Assembly: GCA_050486225.1 (NCBI GenBank)
Contig: JBJHCV010000002.1
Location: 216,377-248,376, forward strand
Direction: 5' to 3'
DNA length: 32,000 nucleotides
From: Nitriliruptoraceae bacterium
Lineage (GTDB): Bacteria; Actinomycetota; Nitriliruptoria; Nitriliruptorales; Nitriliruptoraceae
A program made the translations under genes and the position numbers. Position 1 is the stretch's first letter. Each line of letters starts with the position of its first letter. Under the pieces are notes generated by a model that saw nothing but the letters and a program-made list of their open reading frames with translations, did no database searches and was not told the DNA's origin. Positions 8,535 to 17,104 of the stretch are shown here, piece after piece.

Positions 8535-9902
8535 GTGCCGCTCGTCGAGGAACTCGCGGACGCGATGGGTGACCGGGGGCTGATCACCGACCCGGACATC
8601 CTCGAGACCTACCGCTGGGACCGCACCACCTGGGTGACTCCCGGACACCCGGTGGCCGCGGTGTTCCCCACGACGACCGCCCAGGTGTCGGCCGCCATCC
8701 AGATCGCCGGTGCCCACGGCGTACCGGTGATCCCGCGCGGGGCGGGGAGCAGTCTGTGTGCCGGGTCGCAGGCCCGGGACGGCAGCCTGATCCTGTGCCT
8801 GGAGCGCATGAACCGCATCCTCGACATCGACCCCGCCGACCAGGTGGCCCTGGTCGAGCCCGGCGTGATCAATGCGGCAATCTCGACCGCTGGGGCCGAG
8901 CACGGCCTGTGGTATCCCCCGGACCCGGCCAGCCAGGCGTTCTGCTCCATCGGAGGCAACATCGCCACCAACGCGGGCGGGCTGTGCTGTGTCAAGTACG
9001 GGGTGACCCGCGACTACGTGCTCGGTCTCGAGGTGGTGCTGGCGGACGGAACCGTCATCGAGACGGGCCGCCAGACCATCAAGGGAGTCGCCGGACTCGA
9101 CCTGACGTCGCTGTTCGTCGGCTCGGAGGGCACGCTCGGCGTCGTGACGCGGATCCGGCTGCGGATGCGGCCCGCACCCGTCGGCGCGTCGACGGCCGTC
9201 GCGTACTTCCCGAGCCTCGGTACGGCGGGCGAGGCCGTGACCTCCATCGTTCGTTCGGGGCTCGTCCTGTCCCTGATGGAGATGATGGACCACACCACGA
9301 TCAGTGCCGTCGACGACGTGTACCCGATGGACCTCGACCGGGACGCCGCCGCGCTGCTGCTCCTGCAGTCGGACAGCGAACCACCCGTCCGCGACGCGGA
9401 GATCGGCCGCGCCGTCGAACTGTGTGAACGCGCGGGCGCCGGTTGGGTGGCCTCGACCGACGACGACGACGAGTCCGAGGCCCTGCTGCAGGCCCGTCGG
9501 CTCGCGATCCCCGCGCTCGAACAGCAGGGTGACACCCTGCTCGACGACGTCGCGGTGCCTCGCTCCGCCGTCGCCGACTACTTCGGACGTGCCGCGGACA
9601 TCGCCGATGCCCGTGACGTGGTGATCGGCAACTTCGGACACGCCGGTGACGGCAACCTCCACCCGACCATCGTGATCCCCCGCGGTGACGACGACGCGAT
9701 GCACCGCGCCCGCGGCGCGTTCGACGACCTCGTCGTCGCAGCGCTCGACCTCGGCGGCACGATCACGGGTGAGCACGGCGTGGGGCAGATCAAGCAGCCG
9801 TTCCTCGAACGGGAGATCGGCGCAGACAACCTCGCACTGCAACGGCGGATCAAGCAGACGCTGGACCCCGGGAACCTGCTGAACCCGGGTCGCTGGCTGT
9901 GA
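8535..9902 (+). CDS. FAD-binding oxidase (GlcD / D-lactate dehydrogenase-like)
   Basis: AGGAGG at 8525-8530 before the GTG. It has an FAD_binding_4 pattern (PVIPRGAGSSL...GGNIATNAGG) and a C-terminal GTITGEHGVG...DPGNLLNPG block. Confidence 0.85.
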   Translation: MPLVEELADAMGDRGLITDPDILETYRWDRTTWVTPGHPVAAVFPTTTAQVSAAIQIAGAHGVPVIPRGAGSSLCAGSQARDGSLILCLERMNRILDIDPADQVALVEPGVINAAISTAGAEHGLWYPPDPASQAFCSIGGNIATNAGGLCCVKYGVTRDYVLGLEVVLADGTVIETGRQTIKGVAGLDLTSLFVGSEGTLGVVTRIRLRMRPAPVGASTAVAYFPSLGTAGEAVTSIVRSGLVLSLMEMMDHTTISAVDDVYPMDLDRDAAALLLLQSDSEPPVRDAEIGRAVELCERAGAGWVASTDDDDESEALLQARRLAIPALEQQGDTLLDDVAVPRSAVADYFGRAADIADARDVVIGNFGHAGDGNLHPTIVIPRGDDDAMHRARGAFDDLVVAALDLGGTITGEHGVGQIKQPFLEREIGADNLALQRRIKQTLDPGNLLNPGRWL

Positions 9903-10161
9903 CCCAGCGGGAGTTGCGCCGCAGGCCCGCGGCGCGCAGACGCCGAACGAGTTCGGCGGCCGTCACGGGCTGTGCGCCGTGCTGCAGGGCCCGTTCACGC
10001 ACATCCGCAGGAACGTCGTAGTGGTCACCCTGGAACCACTCCCGGCGCAGCCCGAGTTCGTCGGCGAAGCGGTGCAGTTCCTCGTGTGACTCGTCGCTCG
10101 CCAGGTGTGCCCACACACGGTCGCGCCAGGGCCAGATCGCTCGATCCACCAGGATGGCCAC
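9850..10161 (-). CDS. DUF4031 domain protein
   Basis: VAILVDRAIWPWRDRVWAHLASDESHEELHRFADELGLRREWFQGDHYDVP matches the DUF4031 pattern, which normally begins right at the I-x-VD strand. I therefore prefer GTG 10161 over the track start GTG 10194, which would overlap the YceI gene by 28 nt. The start is uncertain. Confidence 0.65.
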   Translation of the reverse strand: MAILVDRAIWPWRDRVWAHLASDESHEELHRFADELGLRREWFQGDHYDVPADVRERALQHGAQPVTAAELVRRLRAAGLRRNSRWVTASDPGSAGSRGPASA

Positions 10162-10166
10162 GACGG

Positions 10167-10919
10167 TCAGCCCCGCACCAGGTACAGCTGCCACTCGAGG
10201 GTGGCCTCGTCGGACGCGCTGATGACGCTGGACGCCGACGGGACGTGCACCTCGAGGTCCTCCAGCAGGATCACCGTCGAACCGGTGACGACGACCACGT
10301 CGCCGTCGACCATCACCGTCAGGTCGACGGGCACCTCGCGCGACGCCTCCCTCACGCGCAGCAGACCCGTCGCCGACACCTCGATCCCGGCCCCGGCTCC
10401 GGGCAGCGCCTGGAGGTCGAGCGGCTCCACCATCGTGAACTCGGCCGTCGCGCCGGGACCGAGCATCGACCGGACACGACCGTCACGCGTGCTGCGGTCG
10501 CTCTCCAGGCCGTCGAGTCGGGCCAGGACACGGACCTCTGTGACACGCAGGCCCTCGAGGTCGACGTGTCCCTCGACGTCGGGCGTGCGACCGACCGCGG
10601 TGGTGAAGCCGACGTTCACGAGTTCCTCGTCGACCCGGTAGCCGACGAACGTGCCGCTGCCTGCAGCGCGGTCGAACGGCTGCGAGGTGTCGACCACCCA
10701 ACGTCCCGACGGGTCGGTCTCCGTCGACGTCTCGGGCAGGTCGGGATCCTCGACCTCCACCTCGATCTGTGGTTCCTGCGGTCCGTCGGAGGCGGATCGC
10801 TGACCGTCGACCGGTTCGGGCACGTCGCCGTCGGACCACCACAGCAGGGCAACGGCCACGACCGCGACACCCGCGATCGCCACCAGGACCAGTGTTCGGA
10901 TCGTTGACGCACGGGCCAT
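10167..10919 (-). CDS. YceI-like (polyisoprenoid-binding) domain protein, membrane-anchored
   Basis: ATG 10919 is preceded by GAGGAG (10928-10933). The product has an N-terminal TM anchor (LVLVAIAGVAVVAVALLWW), an acidic linker, then a YceI-like beta-barrel pattern (GSGTFVGYRVDEEL...ATGLLRVREASREVPVDLTV). Confidence 0.75.
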   Translation of the reverse strand: MARASTIRTLVLVAIAGVAVVAVALLWWSDGDVPEPVDGQRSASDGPQEPQIEVEVEDPDLPETSTETDPSGRWVVDTSQPFDRAAGSGTFVGYRVDEELVNVGFTTAVGRTPDVEGHVDLEGLRVTEVRVLARLDGLESDRSTRDGRVRSMLGPGATAEFTMVEPLDLQALPGAGAGIEVSATGLLRVREASREVPVDLTVMVDGDVVVVTGSTVILLEDLEVHVPSASSVISASDEATLEWQLYLVRG

Positions 10920-11026
10920 GGGCGTGACTCCTCGACGTCCGAGCGACGGTACCCGCCCCTCCACCGGCCCTCGCGGGCCATCGGCGTCGCACGGGTAGCG
11001 TCGTACGTCGGCGAAGGGACCTGCAC

Positions 11027-11803
11027 ATGTGGCGGACGGTCGATCGGGTGGCGGTGGTCACCGGGGCGTCGAGCGGGATCGGTGAGGCGACGACGTTGCG
11101 GCTGGCGCGTGCCGGCATGCGGGTCGTCGCCGTGGCCCGACGACGCGACCGGCTCGACGCACTCGCGGCCCGGCACCCCTCGATCGTCCCCCACGTCGCC
11201 GACGTCACGGACACCGCGCAGGTCGACGCGCTCGCGGCACGCGTGGACGACGAGTTCGGGGCGTGTCATGCCCTGGTGAACAACGCCGGGGTGCCCGGCG
11301 GACGCTTCGACGGCCGCTCGGACCTCGACGACGCGCTGCGCACGCTCGACGTCAACGTGCACGGGATGGTGCGGTGCATGGCCGCGTTCGCGGACCTGCT
11401 CGAGCGCAGCGCACCCAGTCGCTGCGTCAACGTCGGATCCGTGGCTGGCAAGCTCGGAGTCGGGCCGGCGGCCTACGCCGCGAGCAAGTTCGCGATGGTG
11501 GGGTTCAGCGAGGCGACCGCCCTGTCCTGGGCCAGCCGGGGGGTGACCGTGTGCCAGCTCAACCCCGGGTTCGTCGTCACCGAGGGGTTCCCGCAGCGCC
11601 ACCTGCAGGGCACCGCAGCCGCGTTCCTCGTGCGGCAGCCGGATGACGTCGCACGGGCCATCCACCAGGTGCTGCTGTCGGGCGCGACCGAGCGCACCGT
11701 CCCGCGCTGGTACCGACCGGCCATCGTCGCCCGGCACGTCGTGCCCGGGCTGTATCACGCCGCCGTCCGCCGTTCTCGCCGTGCGGCTGGAGGACGGGAC
11801 TGA
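11027..11803 (+). CDS. short-chain dehydrogenase/reductase (SDR)
   Basis: It has the VAVVTGASSGIG cofactor motif, NNAG, and the S...YAASK catalytic motif. Confidence 0.85.
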   Translation: MWRTVDRVAVVTGASSGIGEATTLRLARAGMRVVAVARRRDRLDALAARHPSIVPHVADVTDTAQVDALAARVDDEFGACHALVNNAGVPGGRFDGRSDLDDALRTLDVNVHGMVRCMAAFADLLERSAPSRCVNVGSVAGKLGVGPAAYAASKFAMVGFSEATALSWASRGVTVCQLNPGFVVTEGFPQRHLQGTAAAFLVRQPDDVARAIHQVLLSGATERTVPRWYRPAIVARHVVPGLYHAAVRRSRRAAGGRD

Positions 11804-11824
11804 CCCGACGGTCTGGTGGTCAGT
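11799..11824. repeat. inverted repeat ACTGACC-N12-GGTCAGT spanning both stop codons of the convergent SDR and acyltransferase genes
   Basis: Read directly: arms at 11799-11805 and 11818-11824. It could act as a bidirectional terminator stem, but has no T-tract. Confidence 0.3.
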
Positions 11825-13277
11825 TCGGCGCGGATGCCTCGGCGGAGTCCGGGGGCGTCACCTCGACGGGCTCGGCGACACCACCGGGTTCCGGCAGTCG
11901 ATCGGGCAGGTGCGGCCGGCGCAGGGCCCCGAGCGCACCCAGGCCGACGACGAACATCCCCAGCGGTCCCCACGGCACTCCGGTCACCGTCCCGGGCCGG
12001 TGCAGCCCGCCGAACACGAGGAGCCCCAGGCCGACCGTCGCGAGGGACACCCCCACGGCGGCCCGGATGGCCGACGGCCTCGACCGGGGCCTGCCCGCGT
12101 GTTCAAACCGCCCGAAGAGGGCCACGAGCCCCGCGAGCACGACCGCGCACGCGAGCCACCACAGGGGACGTGTCGCCCACCACGTCGCGTCGACCGTCTC
12201 CCGTGACGGCCAGATCCCGGTGGGCACCAGCGCCGTCGCGACGACGACCATGGCGGTCTGGTGCCACAGGTACACGGTCATCGTGAAGGCGCCGGTCATC
12301 GCGACCGTCGCCCACACACGAGGTCGCGTGAGCAGGCGTTCGCACGGGCGGCGGAGCGCGAGTGCGACACCGACCTGTCCCGTGGCAAGCGCGAGCAGCG
12401 CCACCGACGGTGGAGAGTTGTTCGACCGGGTCGCACCGTCGACGCCGACCATCGAGATCGGGTAGTCGAGCAACTGGGTCAGCACGACAAGTGCGCCGTA
12501 GCCGACGACCGCGACGCCCAGTGACCTCGCCGCAGTGCCGGGGAACCACCGGGCCGAGGCCCGCTCGTCGGCGGGATCCACCGAGGCGTCGACCGTCGAC
12601 GCCGCGACGCGATCGGCGTCGTGCCACAGGTATCCCGCCTGGTGGACCGCGCCCCAGACCCACAGGAAGTTGGACCAACCGACCAGCGGCACACCGCCCC
12701 GGTGGGCGACGTCCACCGCGACCGCGACCACGACCATCACGCCCAGGACTCCGACTCCGAACCGTTCGTGCAACCGGTACGTGAACGGCACGATCGTGCA
12801 CACGACCAGGTACGCGGCCAGGAACCACACCGGCACGATGGCGACCTGGCTGGCGAACTGGAGCATGGACCGCGGCACCCCGAGCACCGCGAGCACGCCG
12901 ACGAGGGGTGTCCACAGCACGACGAGTGGTACGACGGGCCGCAGCAGACGACGAGCCCGCCCCCGCACCCAGTCGGCCCAGCCCACGCCCTGTCGGCGCG
13001 CAGACCGGAACGCGGCCGCGTTGGCATAACCCCCGACGAAGAAGAACAGCGGCATGACCTGGAAGACCCAGGTCAACCAGTGTGTCCACTCCTGCAGGGT
13101 CAGCAGGTTGACCCCCTCGATCCGCCCCCCTCGAGCGGACACCACGGCGAGCAGCCAGTGGCCGAGCACCACGACGAGGATCGACGCAAGCCTCAGTGCG
13201 TCCGCGTACCGGTTGCGGCCCGCCGGCGTGAGTGCGTCGATCTGCTCCGCGGTGAGGCGCGGAGCCCCGTCACTCAC
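11820..13277 (-). CDS. acyltransferase-3 family membrane O-acyltransferase (OafA/YrhL-like)
   Basis: About 10 TM helices, starting with RNRYADALRLASILVVVLGHW, which is the family N-terminal Arg/His block. The track ORF extends to 13553, but the extra 92 codons are low-GC3, Arg/Pro-rich and overlap a better-scoring small ORF. GTG 13277 is preferred. Confidence 0.75.
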   Translation of the reverse strand: MSDGAPRLTAEQIDALTPAGRNRYADALRLASILVVVLGHWLLAVVSARGGRIEGVNLLTLQEWTHWLTWVFQVMPLFFFVGGYANAAAFRSARRQGVGWADWVRGRARRLLRPVVPLVVLWTPLVGVLAVLGVPRSMLQFASQVAIVPVWFLAAYLVVCTIVPFTYRLHERFGVGVLGVMVVVAVAVDVAHRGGVPLVGWSNFLWVWGAVHQAGYLWHDADRVAASTVDASVDPADERASARWFPGTAARSLGVAVVGYGALVVLTQLLDYPISMVGVDGATRSNNSPPSVALLALATGQVGVALALRRPCERLLTRPRVWATVAMTGAFTMTVYLWHQTAMVVVATALVPTGIWPSRETVDATWWATRPLWWLACAVVLAGLVALFGRFEHAGRPRSRPSAIRAAVGVSLATVGLGLLVFGGLHRPGTVTGVPWGPLGMFVVGLGALGALRRPHLPDRLPEPGGVAEPVEVTPPDSAEASAPN

Positions 13278-13407
13278 AGCACTTGCCGAGCCAACCGCAG
13301 GCGCGACACCGGGTGTGGGCGTGCTCGGCGAACAGCGGCGCGTCACAGACCGGGCAGGGCGACCCCGCCACCTGACCGACGTCACAACCTTCGACGGCGC
13401 CGGACAC
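13270..13407 (-). CDS. candidate 45-aa Cys-rich zinc-ribbon-like micro-protein
   Basis: It forms the 3' tail of antisense track ORF 13270..15417. GTG 13407 is preceded by GAGGAGG (13412-13418) with a 4-nt spacer. Peptide: (M)SGAVEGCDVGQVAGSPCPVCDAPLFAEHAHTRCRACGWLGKCCE, with two CxxC pairs. GC3 is higher than in the competing frame. Its stop overlaps the acyltransferase GTG by 8 nt. Confidence 0.5.
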   Translation of the reverse strand: MSGAVEGCDVGQVAGSPCPVCDAPLFAEHAHTRCRACGWLGKCCE

Positions 13408-13602
13408 GGCACCTCCTCGTGTCGGATCGCCGGAGTCTTGCAGGATCCGGGGACTCCGCCACGCACCTGCGACACGCGTGCACCGTGCGGGCGCACCACA
13501 CGCTGGCCGGGGACAGCCCTGTCGGCAACCACTACCTTGCGCCCGACCGACACGAACCGGCCGCGACGAGGGCGCCGTCACGCCGGCTGCAGGAGCCCGT
13601 CC

Positions 13603-15534
13603 ATGGTCTCGGACACCCCCGGCGACGTCGCGCGCATCGCCGAACTCGAGGAACGACTCGCGATGGCGGAACAGCGGTTCCGACTCGCAATGCAGCACGC
13701 GCCGTCCGGGATGGCGCTGCTCGACCTGGACTGCAACCTGCTCGCGGTCAACCAGACCCTGTGCGAGTTCCTGGGACGCACCGAGGCCGAACTGCTGACG
13801 ATGACCTCGCTCGACGTGACACACCCCGACGACGTCGCAGAGGACGTGGAGCACGGGAGACGCGTCATCGCGGGAGAACACCTGCGGCCGATCGAGAAGC
13901 GCTACGTCCGTCCTGACGGTTCCGTGGTGTGGGGACTCCTCGGTGTGTCGGTCGTCCACGACTCGTCGGGCACCCCCATCCAGATGATCGGTCAGGTGGT
14001 GGACGTCACGGATCGACACCGCGTCCAGGAGTCCCGGGACCACAGCGACTGGCTCGAGCACGCGGCCGAGTCGCTCGGTCGCATCGGAGGCTGGTCGATC
14101 GACCTCGACACCGGCGCGGTCGAGTGGGCCAGCCAGGTCTTCGAGGTCATGGATCACCGGGGCACCGACGAGCCCGACCTCGACACCATCCTCGGCCTGC
14201 TCGCGCCGCCGGACCGCACCCGGGTCCAGCAGGCGCTGCAGCGCTGTGGGGCCGACGGCACACCGTTCGACCTCGAGGTGGAGATCCGCAGTCTCACCGG
14301 ACGCCAGATGCACGGGCGAGTGATCGGACGGCGGCAGCACGACGCCCAGGGCCGTCCCACCCACGTCGTCGGCGCGTTCCAGGACATCACCGAGCAGCGG
14401 GCCGTCGAGGAACGAGCCTCCGACCTCGCCACCCGACTCACGACGACACTGGAGAGCATCACCGACGCCGTGTTCACCCTGGACCTCGAGTGGCGCTTCA
14501 CGTTCCTCAACGCACGCGCCGAACGCCTGCTGCAGCGCACGCGCGACGAACTGCTCGGACGCGTGGTGTGGGACGAGTTCCCCGAGGCGGTGCACACCGA
14601 GCTGTACGACGCCTACAACCGGGCCGTCGACGAACAGGTCACCGTCGACATCGACGCGATCCACTACGCCCCGCTCGACACCTGGTTCGAGGTGCACGCG
14701 TTCCCCTCCGAGCAGGGCGTCGCCGTCTACTTCCGGGATGCCGGGGAACGCATCGCACACCAACGGTCCCAGCAGGCCGTCATCGACGCCGAACGCGAGG
14801 TGTCCGCACGGCTGCGCAGCCTCGACCGGATGAAGAACTCGTTCCTGTCCGCGGTGTCCCACGAACTGCGCACGCCGCTGGCGATCGTGCAGGGCAACGC
14901 GGCGACCCTGCGCAGGCTGCGCGGGTCGCTGTCCGAGGACACCCGGGCCGAACTCGAGGACGCGCTCGCGGCGCACGCGACGCGACTCGACAACCTGCTC
15001 GCGGACCTGCTCGACGTCGACCGCCTCACCCGCGCCAGCGCCGAGGTGCTCGACGTTCCGTTCGACGCCGCTGCGCTCGCCCGCCGCGTGGTGGCCGACA
15101 ACCCGCACCGCGATCGCATCGTCGTCGACGCACCCGACTCGCTGCGGGTGGTGGCCGATCCGGTGCAGGTGGAGCGCATCCTCGTCAACCTCGTCGACAA
15201 CGCGACCAAGTACGCACCGGGCGGTACCGTGACCGTTCGGCTCAGGTCGATCGGAGACGGCGGTGCAGGCATCGAGGTCCACGACGAGGGGCCCGGCATC
15301 CCGCCCGAGGAACTCGCCCGGGTGTTCGAGCCGTTCTACCGATCCGACGACGGGGACGACGCCCGTCCCGGAACCGGGATCGGGCTGGCGCTCGTGTCCG
15401 AGTTCGCCGCGATGCACTCAGGTCGTGCCTGGGCGGAATCGGCCGACTCGGGAGGCGCCCACCTGTACGTCGACATCCCTCCGCCGGACGAACGTGCCGC
15501 GCTGGCGTCCCGGAGCGCCCGTGTGACGACCTGA
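13603..15534 (+). CDS. soluble sensor histidine kinase with three PAS-like domains, HisKA and HATPase_c
   Basis: Internal ATG 13603 of track ORF 13054..15534, with AGGAG at 13591-13595 and a 7-nt spacer. There are three PAS-like repeats, an H-box FLSAVSHELRTPL, an N-box LVNLVDNATKY and a G-box GTGIGLALV. No TM segment was seen. Confidence 0.85.
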   Translation: MVSDTPGDVARIAELEERLAMAEQRFRLAMQHAPSGMALLDLDCNLLAVNQTLCEFLGRTEAELLTMTSLDVTHPDDVAEDVEHGRRVIAGEHLRPIEKRYVRPDGSVVWGLLGVSVVHDSSGTPIQMIGQVVDVTDRHRVQESRDHSDWLEHAAESLGRIGGWSIDLDTGAVEWASQVFEVMDHRGTDEPDLDTILGLLAPPDRTRVQQALQRCGADGTPFDLEVEIRSLTGRQMHGRVIGRRQHDAQGRPTHVVGAFQDITEQRAVEERASDLATRLTTTLESITDAVFTLDLEWRFTFLNARAERLLQRTRDELLGRVVWDEFPEAVHTELYDAYNRAVDEQVTVDIDAIHYAPLDTWFEVHAFPSEQGVAVYFRDAGERIAHQRSQQAVIDAEREVSARLRSLDRMKNSFLSAVSHELRTPLAIVQGNAATLRRLRGSLSEDTRAELEDALAAHATRLDNLLADLLDVDRLTRASAEVLDVPFDAAALARRVVADNPHRDRIVVDAPDSLRVVADPVQVERILVNLVDNATKYAPGGTVTVRLRSIGDGGAGIEVHDEGPGIPPEELARVFEPFYRSDDGDDARPGTGIGLALVSEFAAMHSGRAWAESADSGGAHLYVDIPPPDERAALASRSARVTT

Positions 15535-15552
15535 CTCGGGGAGGTGGATCCG

Positions 15553-16068
15553 ATGCCCGCCCAGTCGCGCACCGCGCGTGTGCACGTGCTCGCGCTGGTC
15601 GGCTTCCTCGCCGCCAGCCTCGCCGCAGGCGGCATCGGTGCACTGCTTCAGGGACCGACGGCGCGGGTCACGGCTCGGTACGCCGCCTTCGAACTGCCGT
15701 CCTGGGCTCCGGACGGTTCGGTGTTCGGCATCGTGTGGCCCGTGCTGTACGTGCTCATCGCACTTGCGGCGTGGCAACTGTGGCGCAGCACCTCCGACCG
15801 GGGACGGCTGAGGACGGCACTGACCCTGTGGGCTGCACAACTGGTGCTCAACGCCGTGTGGCCGGGGGTGTTCTTCGGCATCCCGGCACCGGGCGCGGCG
15901 ATCGTGGTCATCGTCGTGCTCGACGTGACGGTCGCCCTGACCATCCGAGCCTTCTGGCGCCACGACCGCGTCGCCGCGCTGCTGCTCGCCCCCTACCTGG
16001 CGTGGATCCTGTTCGCGACGGCCCTGAACGTGGCCGTGTGGATGATGAACCCCGGATTCGGTGGCTGA
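15553..16068 (+). CDS. tspO: TspO/MBR family tryptophan-rich sensory protein
   Basis: Five-TM, Trp-rich pattern (WAPDGSVFGIVWPVLYVLIALAAWQLW, LWAAQLVLNAVWPGVFF, LLAPYLAWILFATALNVAVW). GGAGG (15540-15544) lies 8 nt before ATG 15553, so I prefer it over the track start GTG 15544. Confidence 0.85.
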   Translation: MPAQSRTARVHVLALVGFLAASLAAGGIGALLQGPTARVTARYAAFELPSWAPDGSVFGIVWPVLYVLIALAAWQLWRSTSDRGRLRTALTLWAAQLVLNAVWPGVFFGIPAPGAAIVVIVVLDVTVALTIRAFWRHDRVAALLLAPYLAWILFATALNVAVWMMNPGFGG

Positions 16069-16096
16069 ACGGACCCTGCCCGGTCGATCCCCCCGT

Positions 16097-17104
16097 TCAG
16101 TGCCCTGCGGCCGCATCGGTCACGGCGGCGGACCGCGCCCGAGGCCGATACCACCGGCACACCCACGAGAACGTCACCGGGCGGGCCAGCGAGGTCGGTC
16201 CCAGGCGTGTCGAGATCTCGTCACGGGTGGCATGGACCCCGGCCGGGCCCATCGCGACGAGGTCGACGGCCACGTCGTGCGACACGGTCTGGATCACGTC
16301 CACGGCCTCGCGGCCCTGTGCCTCGAACATGCCGGAGAACTGCTCGTCGACCCGGGCGTCCTTGTCCGGATCGACGGTCACGAGGCCGACCGGCTCCGCG
16401 ACCTCGCGCAGGTGACCGGGGCCCGGGGTGACCACCACGAGGGTTCCCGTCGGGCGCAGCACGCGGTGGAACTCTGGCGGGTTACGCGGCGCGAACACGT
16501 CGAGCACGACGTCCACGGACCCGTCGGCGACCGGCCAGCGCTCCCACAGGTCGACCCGGATCGCCGCGACTGCCGGCCCGCGACGCGCCGCACGACGCAG
16601 GGCCGGTGCGGACAGGTCGAGCACCAGCCCGCCGACCGACGGCGACCGCGCCCAACCCTCGTCGCCGTCGTGTGGTTCGGGATCGAACGCATCTGCGAGC
16701 ACCGCCGCGAGCAGGTGTCCCGTGCCGCCACCGGCGTCGAGCGCGACCCGCACGGGTTCTCGCGACGTCGCCTGCCGCACGACCTCGGCGACCCGTCGCT
16801 CGAGGGATTCGAGGAGCCCGGCGTCCTCGACGCGCTCGCGTGCGGCCACCATCGCGGGCAGGTCACCCTCCACGCGTGGCGCACGCGCGAACAGGCTCAC
16901 GTACCCCTGACGGGCGACGTCGAAGGCGTGCCCCGCCGCGCAGCGCAGGGTGCGGTCGACCACGTCGAGGGACGCGCGGCAGTGGGGACACGCGAGCACG
17001 CGGACGAGGTGGTCTGCAGGCACGGACGGCACGCCGACCTCCCGGGGTGCAGCGACGTGGGTGACGCAACCTTCGCACGGTCCGAGGCACCACGCACGTC
17101 GCAT
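16097..17104 (-). CDS. RlmA-like SAM-dependent rRNA (guanine-N1) methyltransferase with N-terminal Zn-finger
   Basis: LACPHCRASLDVVDRTLRCAAGHAFDVARQGYVSL is the RlmA/RrmA Zn-ribbon, followed by the ALDAGGGTGH SAM motif. The start is uncertain: ATG 17104 or GTG 17032. The track start 17299 adds Arg-rich noise and overlaps the ada gene. Confidence 0.75.
   Translation of the reverse strand: MRRAWCLGPCEGCVTHVAAPREVGVPSVPADHLVRVLACPHCRASLDVVDRTLRCAAGHAFDVARQGYVSLFARAPRVEGDLPAMVAARERVEDAGLLESLERRVAEVVRQATSREPVRVALDAGGGTGHLLAAVLADAFDPEPHDGDEGWARSPSVGGLVLDLSAPALRRAARRGPAVAAIRVDLWERWPVADGSVDVVLDVFAPRNPPEFHRVLRPTGTLVVVTPGPGHLREVAEPVGLVTVDPDKDARVDEQFSGMFEAQGREAVDVIQTVSHDVAVDLVAMGPAGVHATRDEISTRLGPTSLARPVTFSWVCRWYRPRARSAAVTDAAAGH

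Noticed and set aside
13441-13500. Cluster of GC-rich palindromes (ACGCGT, GTGCAC, GTGCG-GG-CGCAC) and three GCACC repeats in the kinase/acyltransferase divergent region
   Set aside because: Short GC palindromes arise readily by chance at this base composition. The spacing is irregular (17 and 13 nt), so I cannot call them operators. They are mentioned only as context in the divergent-unit finding.
2652-16068. Functional link between ferrochelatase and TspO (both tetrapyrrole-related) within the window
   Set aside because: The genes are about 12 kb apart, separated by more than 15 unrelated genes on both strands. There is no positional evidence for a shared unit.
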